26,433 nucleotides of DNA, taken from assembly GCA_045863295.1 (NCBI GenBank), contig BTWA01000054.1, positions 1 to 26,433 of the forward strand. Reading direction: 5' to 3'. Below the pieces are notes generated by a model, which was not told the DNA's origin, ran no database searches, and worked only from the letters and a program-made list of their open reading frames with translations. Of this stretch, positions 18,134-26,433 are shown in pieces. The stretch is from Candidatus Hydrogenedentota bacterium (GTDB lineage: Bacteria > Hydrogenedentota > Hydrogenedentia > Hydrogenedentales > SLHB01). Numbering within the stretch: position 1 is the first letter of the stretch; each line of letters opens with the position of its first letter. Position numbers and translations under genes: made by a program.

Positions 18134-19116
18134 CCCTGAATCGCACGCAGGATTGGGTCGTGTAACACGCCATTCGACGCAACCACACCGCTGTTATTGG
18201 TCAGTTTCGCTCCCGCGCTGAAATCCAGTGGTTTGCCGGTGAGATCGGTGACACGGCCGCCTGCTTCTTCCACTACGATAGATCCCGCAGCCTGATCCCA
18301 GATGCACTCTTTGTAGTCCGGTTTGTCCGGCGAGAGCAGGCGTAACATAGCTTCGCCGCCCCCCGCGGCGAGCACGGCATACTTGGCTTGGCTGTCCATA
18401 CCCACGGGAGCCACGTTCACGCCCAAGCGATCGGCAATCACGTCAATTTCACTCATGTTGGTATGTGCTTTCTCGACGGAACGCAGCAGTCGGATGCGAG
18501 CGGCATCGGCCTCGGCGGAAACGTGCAATTGGACCAGCGGCCCTTCTGCAAAAAGGGGACGAGTCCACGTGCCCTCGCCACGTTTGGCTATGACGAGAGA
18601 ACCTTGCCCACCGATGTCCGGCACCGAGGCATCGCGGAGATTGGGGCACGCCAACGCCCCAACCGTAACATGCCCGTCCACGACGAGCGCGAATGCGATG
18701 GCATACTGTTCGCCGCGCAAGAAACCCTTGGTGCCATCAATGGGGTCCAGGGTCCAGAATCGTTTTCCTGGATGGCCTTTTCCGTGATCGATCCAAGCGC
18801 ATACGGTCTGCGGCGTGGCATAGGCAAGCTGTGTGCCCGCAAAACGAGTCACTTGATTCAGCAACGGCGCTGCTTCCGGGGTTCTCAAGTGCGAAGCGTC
18901 CTCTTCCCCGACCAGTGCGTCGCCGGGAAACGCTTGTTCGACAAGGCAACCGACGACCGCCTGTGCCGCAAAATCTCCCACGGTCACGGGTGATTTGTCC
19001 TTCTTTGCCACAGCCTCAGGCACCAACTCCCGCTGTACTTCGCGCACCACTTGGGCGGCTGCCGAAACGGCTTGTATTGCGAAGGCAACTTCTGGATGAC
19101 GTACATCAAAAGACAT
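18130..19116 (-). CDS. 3'(2'),5'-bisphosphate nucleotidase, HAL2/MET22-like (inositol monophosphatase superfamily)
   Basis: KDKSPVTVGDF, GEED, FWTLDPIDGTKGFLRGEQYA, DSQAKYA, IWDQAAG. Confidence 0.9.
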   Translation of the reverse strand: MSFDVRHPEVAFAIQAVSAAAQVVREVQRELVPEAVAKKDKSPVTVGDFAAQAVVGCLVEQAFPGDALVGEEDASHLRTPEAAPLLNQVTRFAGTQLAYATPQTVCAWIDHGKGHPGKRFWTLDPIDGTKGFLRGEQYAIAFALVVDGHVTVGALACPNLRDASVPDIGGQGSLVIAKRGEGTWTRPLFAEGPLVQLHVSAEADAARIRLLRSVEKAHTNMSEIDVIADRLGVNVAPVGMDSQAKYAVLAAGGGEAMLRLLSPDKPDYKECIWDQAAGSIVVEEAGGRVTDLTGKPLDFSAGAKLTNNSGVVASNGVLHDPILRAIQG

Positions 19117-19276
19117 GGAGAACTCCCGGATGAATGGATGTGGAAAGAAGAAATTCTAGCGAAATTGGACGGGATAGGACAATCCAGGGACATGCGGGCG
19201 ATCGCAATTCGAGGTCAGCAGTATGGCCGTTCTTGTCGATCCGCGCGCTTCGGGTTTTACTGGTTGGGGCAATTCG

Positions 19277-19771
19277 CTACGCGCCCGGTTTGTTGCGTAC
19301 CTCGATGACCACATCCACGCCCACTCGATCAGGCAACAGCATCAGCGTCATGTACCGTTTTCCCTTTTCGAATTCCCACATGCGCTTTGCCGGGTTCAAT
19401 GAGGTACGGACTTCAGTCCAGCCAGCGTCCACCAGGGCGGACGTGTAGAACAGGGCCACCGTATCCAGAGGTTCGGTGGTCTGACCGTAAATGCCGGTTA
19501 CGCCCGCCGATCGATCAGTCTCCACAACCTGTATTTCCACCGCACTGTTTGCCGGTACTTCATCGCGAACGGCTTCTGGAATTTCCAGTTTCACGCCGAC
19601 CGTCACTGCCGCGCCGTCGTTTTCCACCTCCAAAAGCGTCACGGGGTGTGTAGACCCGGTTCCCTCGTCGGCGGGCTTGGCGTTCGGCGCATCAGCCTGA
19701 ACGACGGCAATGCCGGTCGCAGCGGCCGTGACGGCAACGCCCAACCCAGCGGCAATCCATTTCAATCGCAT
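19277..19771 (-). CDS. Hypothetical exported protein
   Basis: Signal-peptide-like N-terminus MRLKWIAAGLGVAVTAAATGIAVVQA, with SD AAGGAAGG before ATG 19771. The FY...L...GW pattern is seen in small periplasmic proteins. Confidence 0.7.
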   Translation of the reverse strand: MRLKWIAAGLGVAVTAAATGIAVVQADAPNAKPADEGTGSTHPVTLLEVENDGAAVTVGVKLEIPEAVRDEVPANSAVEIQVVETDRSAGVTGIYGQTTEPLDTVALFYTSALVDAGWTEVRTSLNPAKRMWEFEKGKRYMTLMLLPDRVGVDVVIEVRNKPGA

Positions 19772-19881
19772 GTGTCGGCTACCTTCCTTGTTCGGCATGA
19801 ACGGCGCGCCGTGAATGCCGTAGAATGTATTCATAACCGGGAGTAAAACATGCCCCTTATGCCTGATGCGGACGCACGCCT

Positions 19882-22701
19882 ATGACCAGATCGCTCGAAT
19901 GCACTGCTTTGACCACTCAAGGCTGCGATATTCGCACGGACCGTCTTACGCGACAACTCTACGCTACCGACGCATCGCTTTACCAGATTGAGCCCCGGGC
20001 GGTTGCTTTTCCCCGATCACCGCAGGAAGCCTCGCGCGTGCTGCAGTGGGCCGCCTCCGAACACATGCCCATCACGCCGCGTGGCGCTGGCACCGGACTC
20101 GCCGGAGGCGCCGTGGGTGAGGGGCTCGTGGTGGATTTCTCCCGGCACAATACATCCATATCCGATTTTGACCCGGAGAAGCGCACGGTGCGTGTCGGTG
20201 CCGGCGTGGTATTGGACACGTTGAACGGATATCTGAAGCCACACGGGTTGTGTTTTGGCCCGGATGTGGCCACAAGCTCGCGGGCCACGCTTGGCGGCAT
20301 GATCGCGAACAACAGTTCCGGAGCGCATGTGCCGGTATATGGGACAACCATTGATCATGTACTTTCGGTGGAGGCCGTGCTCGCTGACGGCACCGTTGCT
20401 ATGTTCAGCGCCGAGGATGCGCCTTCGGTTGAATTTCGGGCACAAGTGGACGAACTCTTTCACCGGCATGCAAGCGCTATTCGCGCCCACCTGCCCGATA
20501 CCTTGGTGAAACGCTGGCCTGGATTTGGCCTGGATCGCTACTTGAGCGACGGCCGCAATCTGGCCCGGATTCTCGGCGGCAGCGAGGGCACGCTGGCCGC
20601 AATCGTCTCAGCCGAACTCAGTCTGGCGCCATTGCCCATGGAAAAAGGCCTGTGCCTCCTGTTTTTCGCGTCTGTGCCCGAGGCAATGCAGGCTTCCGTG
20701 GAGATTCTGGACTTGAATCCGGCCGCTATCGAACACATCGATCGCGTGCTTTTCGATCAAACCCGCGGACAACTTCCTTTTGCCGCAACACGCGATTTGT
20801 TGCGTCTCGATCACGATCCCTGCGAGGCCATTCTTATTGTCGAATTCTTTTCCGACGTGCGCGAGAAATTGGAACTCTTGTCGCAGCGGCCATTGGGCCT
20901 GAGGCGGATGACCTTCACCGAACCTCGCGAAATGGAGATGGTGTGGAATCTCCGCAAAGCCGGTTTGTCGTTGTTGACCGGATGCAAAGGCGCAACCAAG
21001 CCGGTTCCCGGCATTGAAGATGCCGCTGTGCCGCCTCGCAAACTCCCGGAGTATGTGAATCGTCTCATCGACTTGATGTCGAAGAAGAACTGCCTGGGCT
21101 CGTTCTATGGCCATGCGGCTTCCGGGCTTCTGCACGTGCGGCCTGTGGTCGATTTGCATACCGCCGAAGATGTAGCCAAGTACCGTCTGTTAGCGGATGA
21201 AGTCTCCGCGTTGGTCAAGGAAATGAAAGGGTCAATCGCGGGCGAGCACGGCGTGGGCATTGCGCGCACCCAATACATCGAAGATCATTTTGAACCGGAA
21301 ATTATGCAACTGCACTGGGAACTGAAACGCCTTTTCGATCCCGGCAATGTGATGAATCCCGGCAAAATTCTGGCCGATGAGCACGCTTATACCATCGACA
21401 CGCATCTGCGTTGGGGGCCGGGCTACAAACTGAATCCGCCGTTCGAGCCAATGCTCGCATTTGCCGCGAAAGATGCATCGTTTGTGGGTAACCTGGAACA
21501 ATGCAATGGGTGCGGCGGCTGCCGGAAGAGTCCGCCGACGATGTGTCCCACCTACGTCGCCACGGGCGAGGAAATCATGTCCACGCGAGGCCGGGCGAAT
21601 GTGATTCGCGCAATCCTGGACGGACGCCTGGACGGGGATCTACTGCGCCTGCCGGAACTCGACGAAGCATTGAGCAACTGCTTGTCGTGCAAGGCATGCA
21701 CTACGGAATGTCCTTCCAACGTGAACATGGCGCTGTTGAAAGCCGAGATTCTGCATGCGCGGCACCGGAAGTACGGTGTGCCACTGCGGGACCGGATGAT
21801 CAGCGCAATCGACCGAATGGGCCGTTGGGGTACTCTTTTGCCTGGAATCGCCAATGCGGTGATAAAAAGCCGAATCGTACTCAGCTTAAACAAGCGTCTA
21901 TTTGGATTTGCCGCGGGCCGCCCATTGCCCCCGTTCGCGACACAGCGATTTGACCGTTGGTTTGAAAAGCGCCCAGCAAAGCCGGGCGCAACACGCGGAA
22001 AGGTCGTACTCTGGGATGACACGTTTGTGCGCTACCATGAGCCCCATATTGGCAAAGCTGCCGTCGCAGTCCTGGAAGCAGCGGGATTTGAGGTCAACCT
22101 GGTAAGAGGCCGGCAATGCTGCGGCCGGCCCGCGTTCAGCGTGGGCTGCCTGGACACTGCGCGGGCATTCGGTAAGCACAATGTGACTCTGTTGAGCGAA
22201 TCGGATGTCCCTGTTATTTTTCTGGAACCTTCATGCTTCTCGATGTTCAAGGAGGATTATCGAGAACTCGGAATTCGAGATGCCGTCGAAGTGTCCCGCC
22301 GCTGCATATTGTTTGAAGAATTCATATTCAATGCGATCGAGCGCGAGCCGGATATCCTTCGTTTCAAACCGGGCTACACCTGGGCGGCGGTGCATGCCCA
22401 CTGCCACGCGAAGGCACTCACGCCGGTGGCGGTGCAGGGGAAACTGTTGAATAAGCTGCCCAACCCTGACGTCAGGATGTTGCAGACCGGATGTTGCGGC
22501 ATGGCTGGCGCATTTGGCCAATATGCGAACAAATACGATTTGTCAATCAAAGTGGCCCAACCGCTGGTGGATCAGATAAACCAATTGACTGCCGGTACGG
22601 AGGTAGTTGCCTCTGGCACCAGTTGCCGCCACCAAATCGATCATTTGACAGCGGTAAAGCCGGTTCACATCGCCGAATTGCTGGCGCGAAACCTGGCTTG
22701 A
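19882..22701 (+). CDS. FAD-linked, Fe-S-containing oxidoreductase (YdiJ/GlcD-GlcF-fusion type; probable 2-hydroxyacid dehydrogenase)
   Basis: PRGAGTGLAGGA, GSEGTL, GHA..G.LH.RP, GEHGVG, MNPGK. Fe-S motifs CNGCGGC..MCP and CLSCKACTTECP, plus two CCG motifs. Confidence 0.9.
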   Translation: MTRSLECTALTTQGCDIRTDRLTRQLYATDASLYQIEPRAVAFPRSPQEASRVLQWAASEHMPITPRGAGTGLAGGAVGEGLVVDFSRHNTSISDFDPEKRTVRVGAGVVLDTLNGYLKPHGLCFGPDVATSSRATLGGMIANNSSGAHVPVYGTTIDHVLSVEAVLADGTVAMFSAEDAPSVEFRAQVDELFHRHASAIRAHLPDTLVKRWPGFGLDRYLSDGRNLARILGGSEGTLAAIVSAELSLAPLPMEKGLCLLFFASVPEAMQASVEILDLNPAAIEHIDRVLFDQTRGQLPFAATRDLLRLDHDPCEAILIVEFFSDVREKLELLSQRPLGLRRMTFTEPREMEMVWNLRKAGLSLLTGCKGATKPVPGIEDAAVPPRKLPEYVNRLIDLMSKKNCLGSFYGHAASGLLHVRPVVDLHTAEDVAKYRLLADEVSALVKEMKGSIAGEHGVGIARTQYIEDHFEPEIMQLHWELKRLFDPGNVMNPGKILADEHAYTIDTHLRWGPGYKLNPPFEPMLAFAAKDASFVGNLEQCNGCGGCRKSPPTMCPTYVATGEEIMSTRGRANVIRAILDGRLDGDLLRLPELDEALSNCLSCKACTTECPSNVNMALLKAEILHARHRKYGVPLRDRMISAIDRMGRWGTLLPGIANAVIKSRIVLSLNKRLFGFAAGRPLPPFATQRFDRWFEKRPAKPGATRGKVVLWDDTFVRYHEPHIGKAAVAVLEAAGFEVNLVRGRQCCGRPAFSVGCLDTARAFGKHNVTLLSESDVPVIFLEPSCFSMFKEDYRELGIRDAVEVSRRCILFEEFIFNAIEREPDILRFKPGYTWAAVHAHCHAKALTPVAVQGKLLNKLPNPDVRMLQTGCCGMAGAFGQYANKYDLSIKVAQPLVDQINQLTAGTEVVASGTSCRHQIDHLTAVKPVHIAELLARNLA

Positions 22702-22803
22702 GGATGTGACACCGGAAGAAAGCCTGTACGGTCTAATGATCGTGGGCCGAATTGTGTCTAAGGCACCAAGGTTCTCGATTTCAACTACTTAGGAAGATGC
22801 ATT

Positions 22804-23568
22804 ATGTCAATGTTCCATATGCGGTCCGCATGCCTGATAGGTGTCATGATGCTGTGTGGTTCAGCCGCCGTACGAGCGGAGACACTGGAGACACTCGAAG
22901 CCAAGCTGGCCGAACAGTGGAAGGATGTCAATGCGTTCAAGTCTGACATCACCGTGGACACGACGATGGCCTTGGGGCCGATCGCCATGACGATGAAGGC
23001 CGCTGGCACGATGGAATTCAAACGCTTCGAGGAATCCGGCCGGTTCCGGACCGATCTGACCGGCACCATGGGCGCCAGCATTCCCGGGATGGGCGAGGGG
23101 ATGAAGATGTCCATGTTGAGTGTGTACGACGGCGAGTTTGTGTACATTGAAATGGGCATGATGGGACAGAAGCAGGTGCAAAAGAAGAAGCCCGATGCCA
23201 GCGATACCGCCAAAGCCGACGGTGGCAAATCGCTGTTGAACAGCCTGAAAAAACTCGGCGACGTGACGCTGTTGCCCGATGAGCAAGTGGACGGCAAAGA
23301 CGCGTATGTGGTCGAAGTGAAGTACAACGCGGAAGCCATTGCAAAGGCAAAAGGGCAAGCGGATCGCACGCGCATGTACATCGACAAGAACACCGGCATG
23401 CAAATTAAGATGGAGGGTTTCAAAGGCGAAACCCGTACCATGTCGATGACCTATTCCAACTACGATCTGAAGACCGAGATTCCAGACGAGCGGTTCACAT
23501 ATACGCCGCCCGCCGGGGTACGCGTGATCGACGCCGACGCTGCCGGGGCGGGCCTGTTCGGCGGCTGA
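22804..23568 (+). CDS. Exported LolA-fold/outer-membrane lipoprotein-sorting-like protein
   Basis: Signal peptide ending AVRA; YDGEFVY, EQVDGKDAYVVE, MYIDKNTG, and C-terminal IPDERFTYTPPAGVRVID typical of LolA-like proteins. Confidence 0.7.
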   Translation: MSMFHMRSACLIGVMMLCGSAAVRAETLETLEAKLAEQWKDVNAFKSDITVDTTMALGPIAMTMKAAGTMEFKRFEESGRFRTDLTGTMGASIPGMGEGMKMSMLSVYDGEFVYIEMGMMGQKQVQKKKPDASDTAKADGGKSLLNSLKKLGDVTLLPDEQVDGKDAYVVEVKYNAEAIAKAKGQADRTRMYIDKNTGMQIKMEGFKGETRTMSMTYSNYDLKTEIPDERFTYTPPAGVRVIDADAAGAGLFGG

Positions 23569-23588
23569 ACTCTTTCACCTGTCTCTAC

Positions 23589-24107
23589 CTAGCGAAACAC
23601 GTTTCCCTTGTGACTAATGTAACCGCCGGGATGTTTCCCCTGCGGATCGTGGTGTGTCCAATGCACAACCCCGCCCTTGTCGCTCCACTCGTACTCGCCC
23701 TGAAATTCCACCACTTCGCCAGCATTCAGACTCGCCACACGCGGCGCGAGATCGATGTTGTGCGCAATAAGCACCGTGTGTCCACTCCCCAGTCGCACGA
23801 TAAAGCGCTGATGGCGCGAACCGTCATTGTCATCAGGCAGTAAACGATCCACCACACCTAGTTCCCGCACCAGGAGATTGCTCTGACGGTTTTGGAATGC
23901 GGTTTCAATAACGCCGGAAGACTGAACGGCCGTGGGTGCGGCCGGTGGAACATTCATCGTGCCAGGGTAGGAGGGCGTCGGGGGTACAAGGCTGTGCATT
24001 GCTGCCGGAGCCGGGGCGGACTTAATTTTGGTCCGCTTGTTGCCAACGACTACCGGCAAGACAGCCGCCAATACGATTAGGGGAATAAGAATCCGCAACG
24101 CTTTCAT
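23589..24107 (-). CDS. DUF3465-like protein with an N-terminal membrane anchor
   Basis: LLPDDNDGSRHQRFIVRL, LIAHNIDLAPRV, GEYEW..KGGVVHWTHHDP.G.H.GG. Start placed at MKALRIL (ATG 24107). Confidence 0.8.
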   Translation of the reverse strand: MKALRILIPLIVLAAVLPVVVGNKRTKIKSAPAPAAMHSLVPPTPSYPGTMNVPPAAPTAVQSSGVIETAFQNRQSNLLVRELGVVDRLLPDDNDGSRHQRFIVRLGSGHTVLIAHNIDLAPRVASLNAGEVVEFQGEYEWSDKGGVVHWTHHDPQGKHPGGYISHKGNVFR

Positions 24108-24258
24108 AGCGTGGTGTCCAATGGTTTTGGATACTCCAGAAGCCCACAACTGTGATTGTGGCGCAACATCACCATGCACTAGCACAAGAATCGTCGTCAA
24201 ATTTCAGCGTTGGCCATTGGGACCTTTAAGTATTGTTATACATAGCTGTACTACAGTG

Positions 24259-24287
24259 TTGCATCAGCAGATTTTTTGTGCTATACT
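24259..24287 (+). promoter_or_regulatory. sigma70-type promoter for the marC-activator operon
   Basis: TTGCAT (24259-24264), 17-nt spacer, TATACT (24282-24287) with extended -10 TG, in an AT-rich divergent intergenic region. Confidence 0.65.
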
Positions 24288-24374
24288 GTCTTTTTGCTGG
24301 TTTTGCCTCCGTTTCCCGTAACGACGCCAGTCACGCGGGCTTGGCAGAGCGCGTTTACCGGGAGCCATGCGCGA

Positions 24375-24974
24375 ATGCACTTGGCCGTCATGATGCTGGT
24401 GATTTTGAATCCGTTTTCGCAGGTGCTCTACCTGCGCGAATTAATGGGCACGCTCTCCTTCCGCGAATTTGCCAGTGTCCATCTCAAAGCCACGCTCCTC
24501 TCCCTAGGGGTATTCGCCGTGTTCATCCTGGCGGGCGATCTTCTGTTGCAGCGGGTATTTCAGATTCAACTTGGCTCCCTGCAAATCTTTGGAGGCATGA
24601 TTAATCTATACGTCGCCTACCGGTTTATCACAGTGGGTCCGGGAAGCAACTTGCTGTTTCGAGGCAACATCGCGGACCTCGCGCCTCAGATCTCATTGCC
24701 CTACATGGTGGGTCCTGGAATGATCTGGATGTCCATTCTTATGGGCCGCACGTATCCGAAAGTATTCGCCGTTTTACTTGTGTGCAGCGTGTTGGCTTTC
24801 AACATGGCGTTCGTGCTTGCTGTCAAGGCGGCGTTTCAGCATCTCAAGGAACAAAGTGAAACGATGCTGGGAAAATACTTCGCCATTCTCATGCGCACCA
24901 TGGCATTGTTTATTGGGGCGATCGGTGTGGAGATGATCTTGAAAGGCATCCAGGAAGGACTCAACACAAGTTGA
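24375..24974 (+). CDS. MarC-family (NAAT) inner-membrane protein
   Basis: LVILNPF, G..LL..VF.I.L.SLQIFGG, P...P.MVGPG, R.M.L..GAIGVEMILKG. ATG 24375 follows GGGAG; the track's 24276 start overlaps the promoter. Confidence 0.8.
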   Translation: MHLAVMMLVILNPFSQVLYLRELMGTLSFREFASVHLKATLLSLGVFAVFILAGDLLLQRVFQIQLGSLQIFGGMINLYVAYRFITVGPGSNLLFRGNIADLAPQISLPYMVGPGMIWMSILMGRTYPKVFAVLLVCSVLAFNMAFVLAVKAAFQHLKEQSETMLGKYFAILMRTMALFIGAIGVEMILKGIQEGLNTS

Positions 24975-26338
24975 CAATACAACATCAAAAGCCGCCCACA
25001 GGCATTCTTGTCGTGGAAATGAAACCTGGCATTGCACGCCGAGTAGCAGGCATGTTCGACGATGGCCGGTTTCGTGTTCGCCATGAGCGCCGCATAGCGG
25101 CGGCGCTGCAACGGGCCGATCACCATGAAATGGATACAGTTTTGGTTACCGGCGCCGCGCTTGCGGACGCCAAGCTGACCGGTGCCGAATTTGTGGATAT
25201 GGTTTCGGCGCGAAACCCTATGGCTCATGTGATCGTGCTTGTACAGACGCCCGATGTCCCCATGGCTGTCGAAGCGTTAAAGGCAGGTTCATTCCACTAC
25301 ATCAAACTGCCCGCAACGGACGACGAACTACGCCTTATGATTGAGACGGCGTTGGCAAATCGTCCCGGAATAAGCGAAAGCGGCCCGCCCGACGGAATAG
25401 GAATTGTAAAACCAACCTTGATCGGGCGATCCAAAGCGATGCGTTCGGTCTATCGGCTGATAACCCAGGCTTCCGCCTCAGACATCCCCGTGTTGATTGC
25501 AGGTGAAACCGGTACCGGAAAAGATCTCGTGGCACAGGCCGTGCATGCGAAAGGCCGGCGCCGGGAAGGTCCTTACGTGCCGGTGCATCTTGGTGCGCTG
25601 CCCCAGGAATTGGTGGCCAGTGAGTTATTTGGCCACGAAAAGGGCGCCTTTACCGGCGCCACAGAGCGCCGAATTGGAAAATTTGAAGAGGCCGATTCCG
25701 GCACCATTTTTCTGGACGAGATCTCCACCATCGACGAACGTGTACAGGTCAGTTTATTAAGGCTCATTGAACAACGCGCATTTAACCGGCTTGGTGGTAA
25801 GCGCACGCTGACCTCGGGAGCGCGCCTCATCACGGCCACCAACGAAGATCCCTCGGAGATGGTGGCCAACGGACTCTTCCGGCAGGATCTCTTGTACCGG
25901 CTCGATGTGTTTCGCATTTCACTTCCCCCGTTGCGCGAGCGGCATGGGGACGTACCGCCGCTTGTCGCGCTCTATTCGCGGCAGTTTTCCAAGCTGCTGG
26001 GCAAGGCTCCGGTGGAATGGGTCCCTGAGACACTGGCATTGCTTGAAGAGTACGATTGGCCCGGAAACATCCGCGAATTGAAGAATGTCGTACAGCGGGC
26101 GGTATTGGTTGCGGCCGGTGGAGTCGTTACGCCGGATCATTTACCGGCGCGGTTCCGGCCTGCGCGCGCCGTGGTGCCCAAAGCCACCTTCGAAATAGGC
26201 ACTCCGTTGGTCGAGATGGAGCGGGAGATGATATTGAGAACATTGTCAATGGCAGAAAATCGCACGTCGGCTGCCCAAATTCTGGGAATCAGCCGTCGTG
26301 CGCTCTACAACAAGATGGCAAGATACGGAATAGAGTAA
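24971..26338 (+). CDS. sigma54-dependent enhancer-binding protein (NtrC family) with a degenerate receiver domain
   Basis: Walker A GETGTGKD, ELFGHEKGAFTGA, Walker B IFLDEI, FRQDLLYRL, WPGNIREL, and Fis-type HTH AAQILGISRRALYNKM. The TTG start overlaps the marC stop. Confidence 0.92.
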   Translation: MTIQHQKPPTGILVVEMKPGIARRVAGMFDDGRFRVRHERRIAAALQRADHHEMDTVLVTGAALADAKLTGAEFVDMVSARNPMAHVIVLVQTPDVPMAVEALKAGSFHYIKLPATDDELRLMIETALANRPGISESGPPDGIGIVKPTLIGRSKAMRSVYRLITQASASDIPVLIAGETGTGKDLVAQAVHAKGRRREGPYVPVHLGALPQELVASELFGHEKGAFTGATERRIGKFEEADSGTIFLDEISTIDERVQVSLLRLIEQRAFNRLGGKRTLTSGARLITATNEDPSEMVANGLFRQDLLYRLDVFRISLPPLRERHGDVPPLVALYSRQFSKLLGKAPVEWVPETLALLEEYDWPGNIRELKNVVQRAVLVAAGGVVTPDHLPARFRPARAVVPKATFEIGTPLVEMEREMILRTLSMAENRTSAAQILGISRRALYNKMARYGIE

Positions 26339-26362
26339 AGTCGGGGGGCGGGGGCCGCCCCC

Positions 26363-26392
26363 GGGGGAGCCCCCCGGCTGGCTCCCCCTTTT
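26363..26392 (+). terminator. Intrinsic terminator after the sigma54 activator
   Basis: GGGGGAGCC / GGCTCCCCC 9-bp stem followed by TTTT. A second GC hairpin (26344-26362) lies just before it. Confidence 0.6.
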
Positions 26393-26433
26393 GATGCCAG
26401 CCCGCTCAATTCACCGAGTGCGACGCACGCCAG

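Noticed and set aside
24246..24256. LexA box (CTGT...ACAG)
   Set aside because: The spacer is 3 nt, not the 8 nt of the E. coli-type CTGT-N8-ACAG box.
26341..26392. G-quadruplex or repeat element in the G/C-run tract
   Set aside because: The G runs are matched by complementary C runs forming two hairpins, consistent with a terminator. Homopolymer runs here may also be low-quality sequence.
1..26433. CRISPR array, transposase, integrase or prophage, including integration at tRNA-Trp
   Set aside because: No regularly spaced repeats, no mobile-element protein motifs and no duplicated tRNA 3' end were seen.

Overview
A GC-rich bacterial chromosomal window, mostly housekeeping genes on the + strand. 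It opens with the 3' end of tuf, then tRNA-Trp(CCA), secE, nusG, rplK, a putative L1-binding leader and rplA; metK follows directly, where rplJ-rplL-rpoB usually sit. Next come an uncalled 50-aa ORF with its own SD and terminator, a glycosylation trio (GT4 glycosyltransferase, WecA/TagO-type transferase, O-antigen-ligase-like protein), aroQ, an Xaa-Pro peptidase, efp, accB and accC. An AmaP/Asp23-like membrane protein and a highly acidic ORF follow, then hisI-trpE-trpG behind a structured leader. The end of the window is mixed: a HAL2-type nucleotidase, a YdiJ-like FAD/Fe-S oxidoreductase, LolA-like, DUF3465-like and MarC proteins, and a sigma54 activator with a degenerate receiver. The most notable signal is a candidate programmed -1 frameshift (A_AAA_AAC, 7-nt spacer, 11-bp GC-rich hairpin, 13829-13868). 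It would fuse the AmaP-like protein to the acidic ORF, which ends in a basic/hydrophobic KKRRKFLGLF tail; a single-base indel is the main alternative. All calls come from reading the sequence by eye, and no searches were run. No CRISPR arrays or mobile elements were seen.
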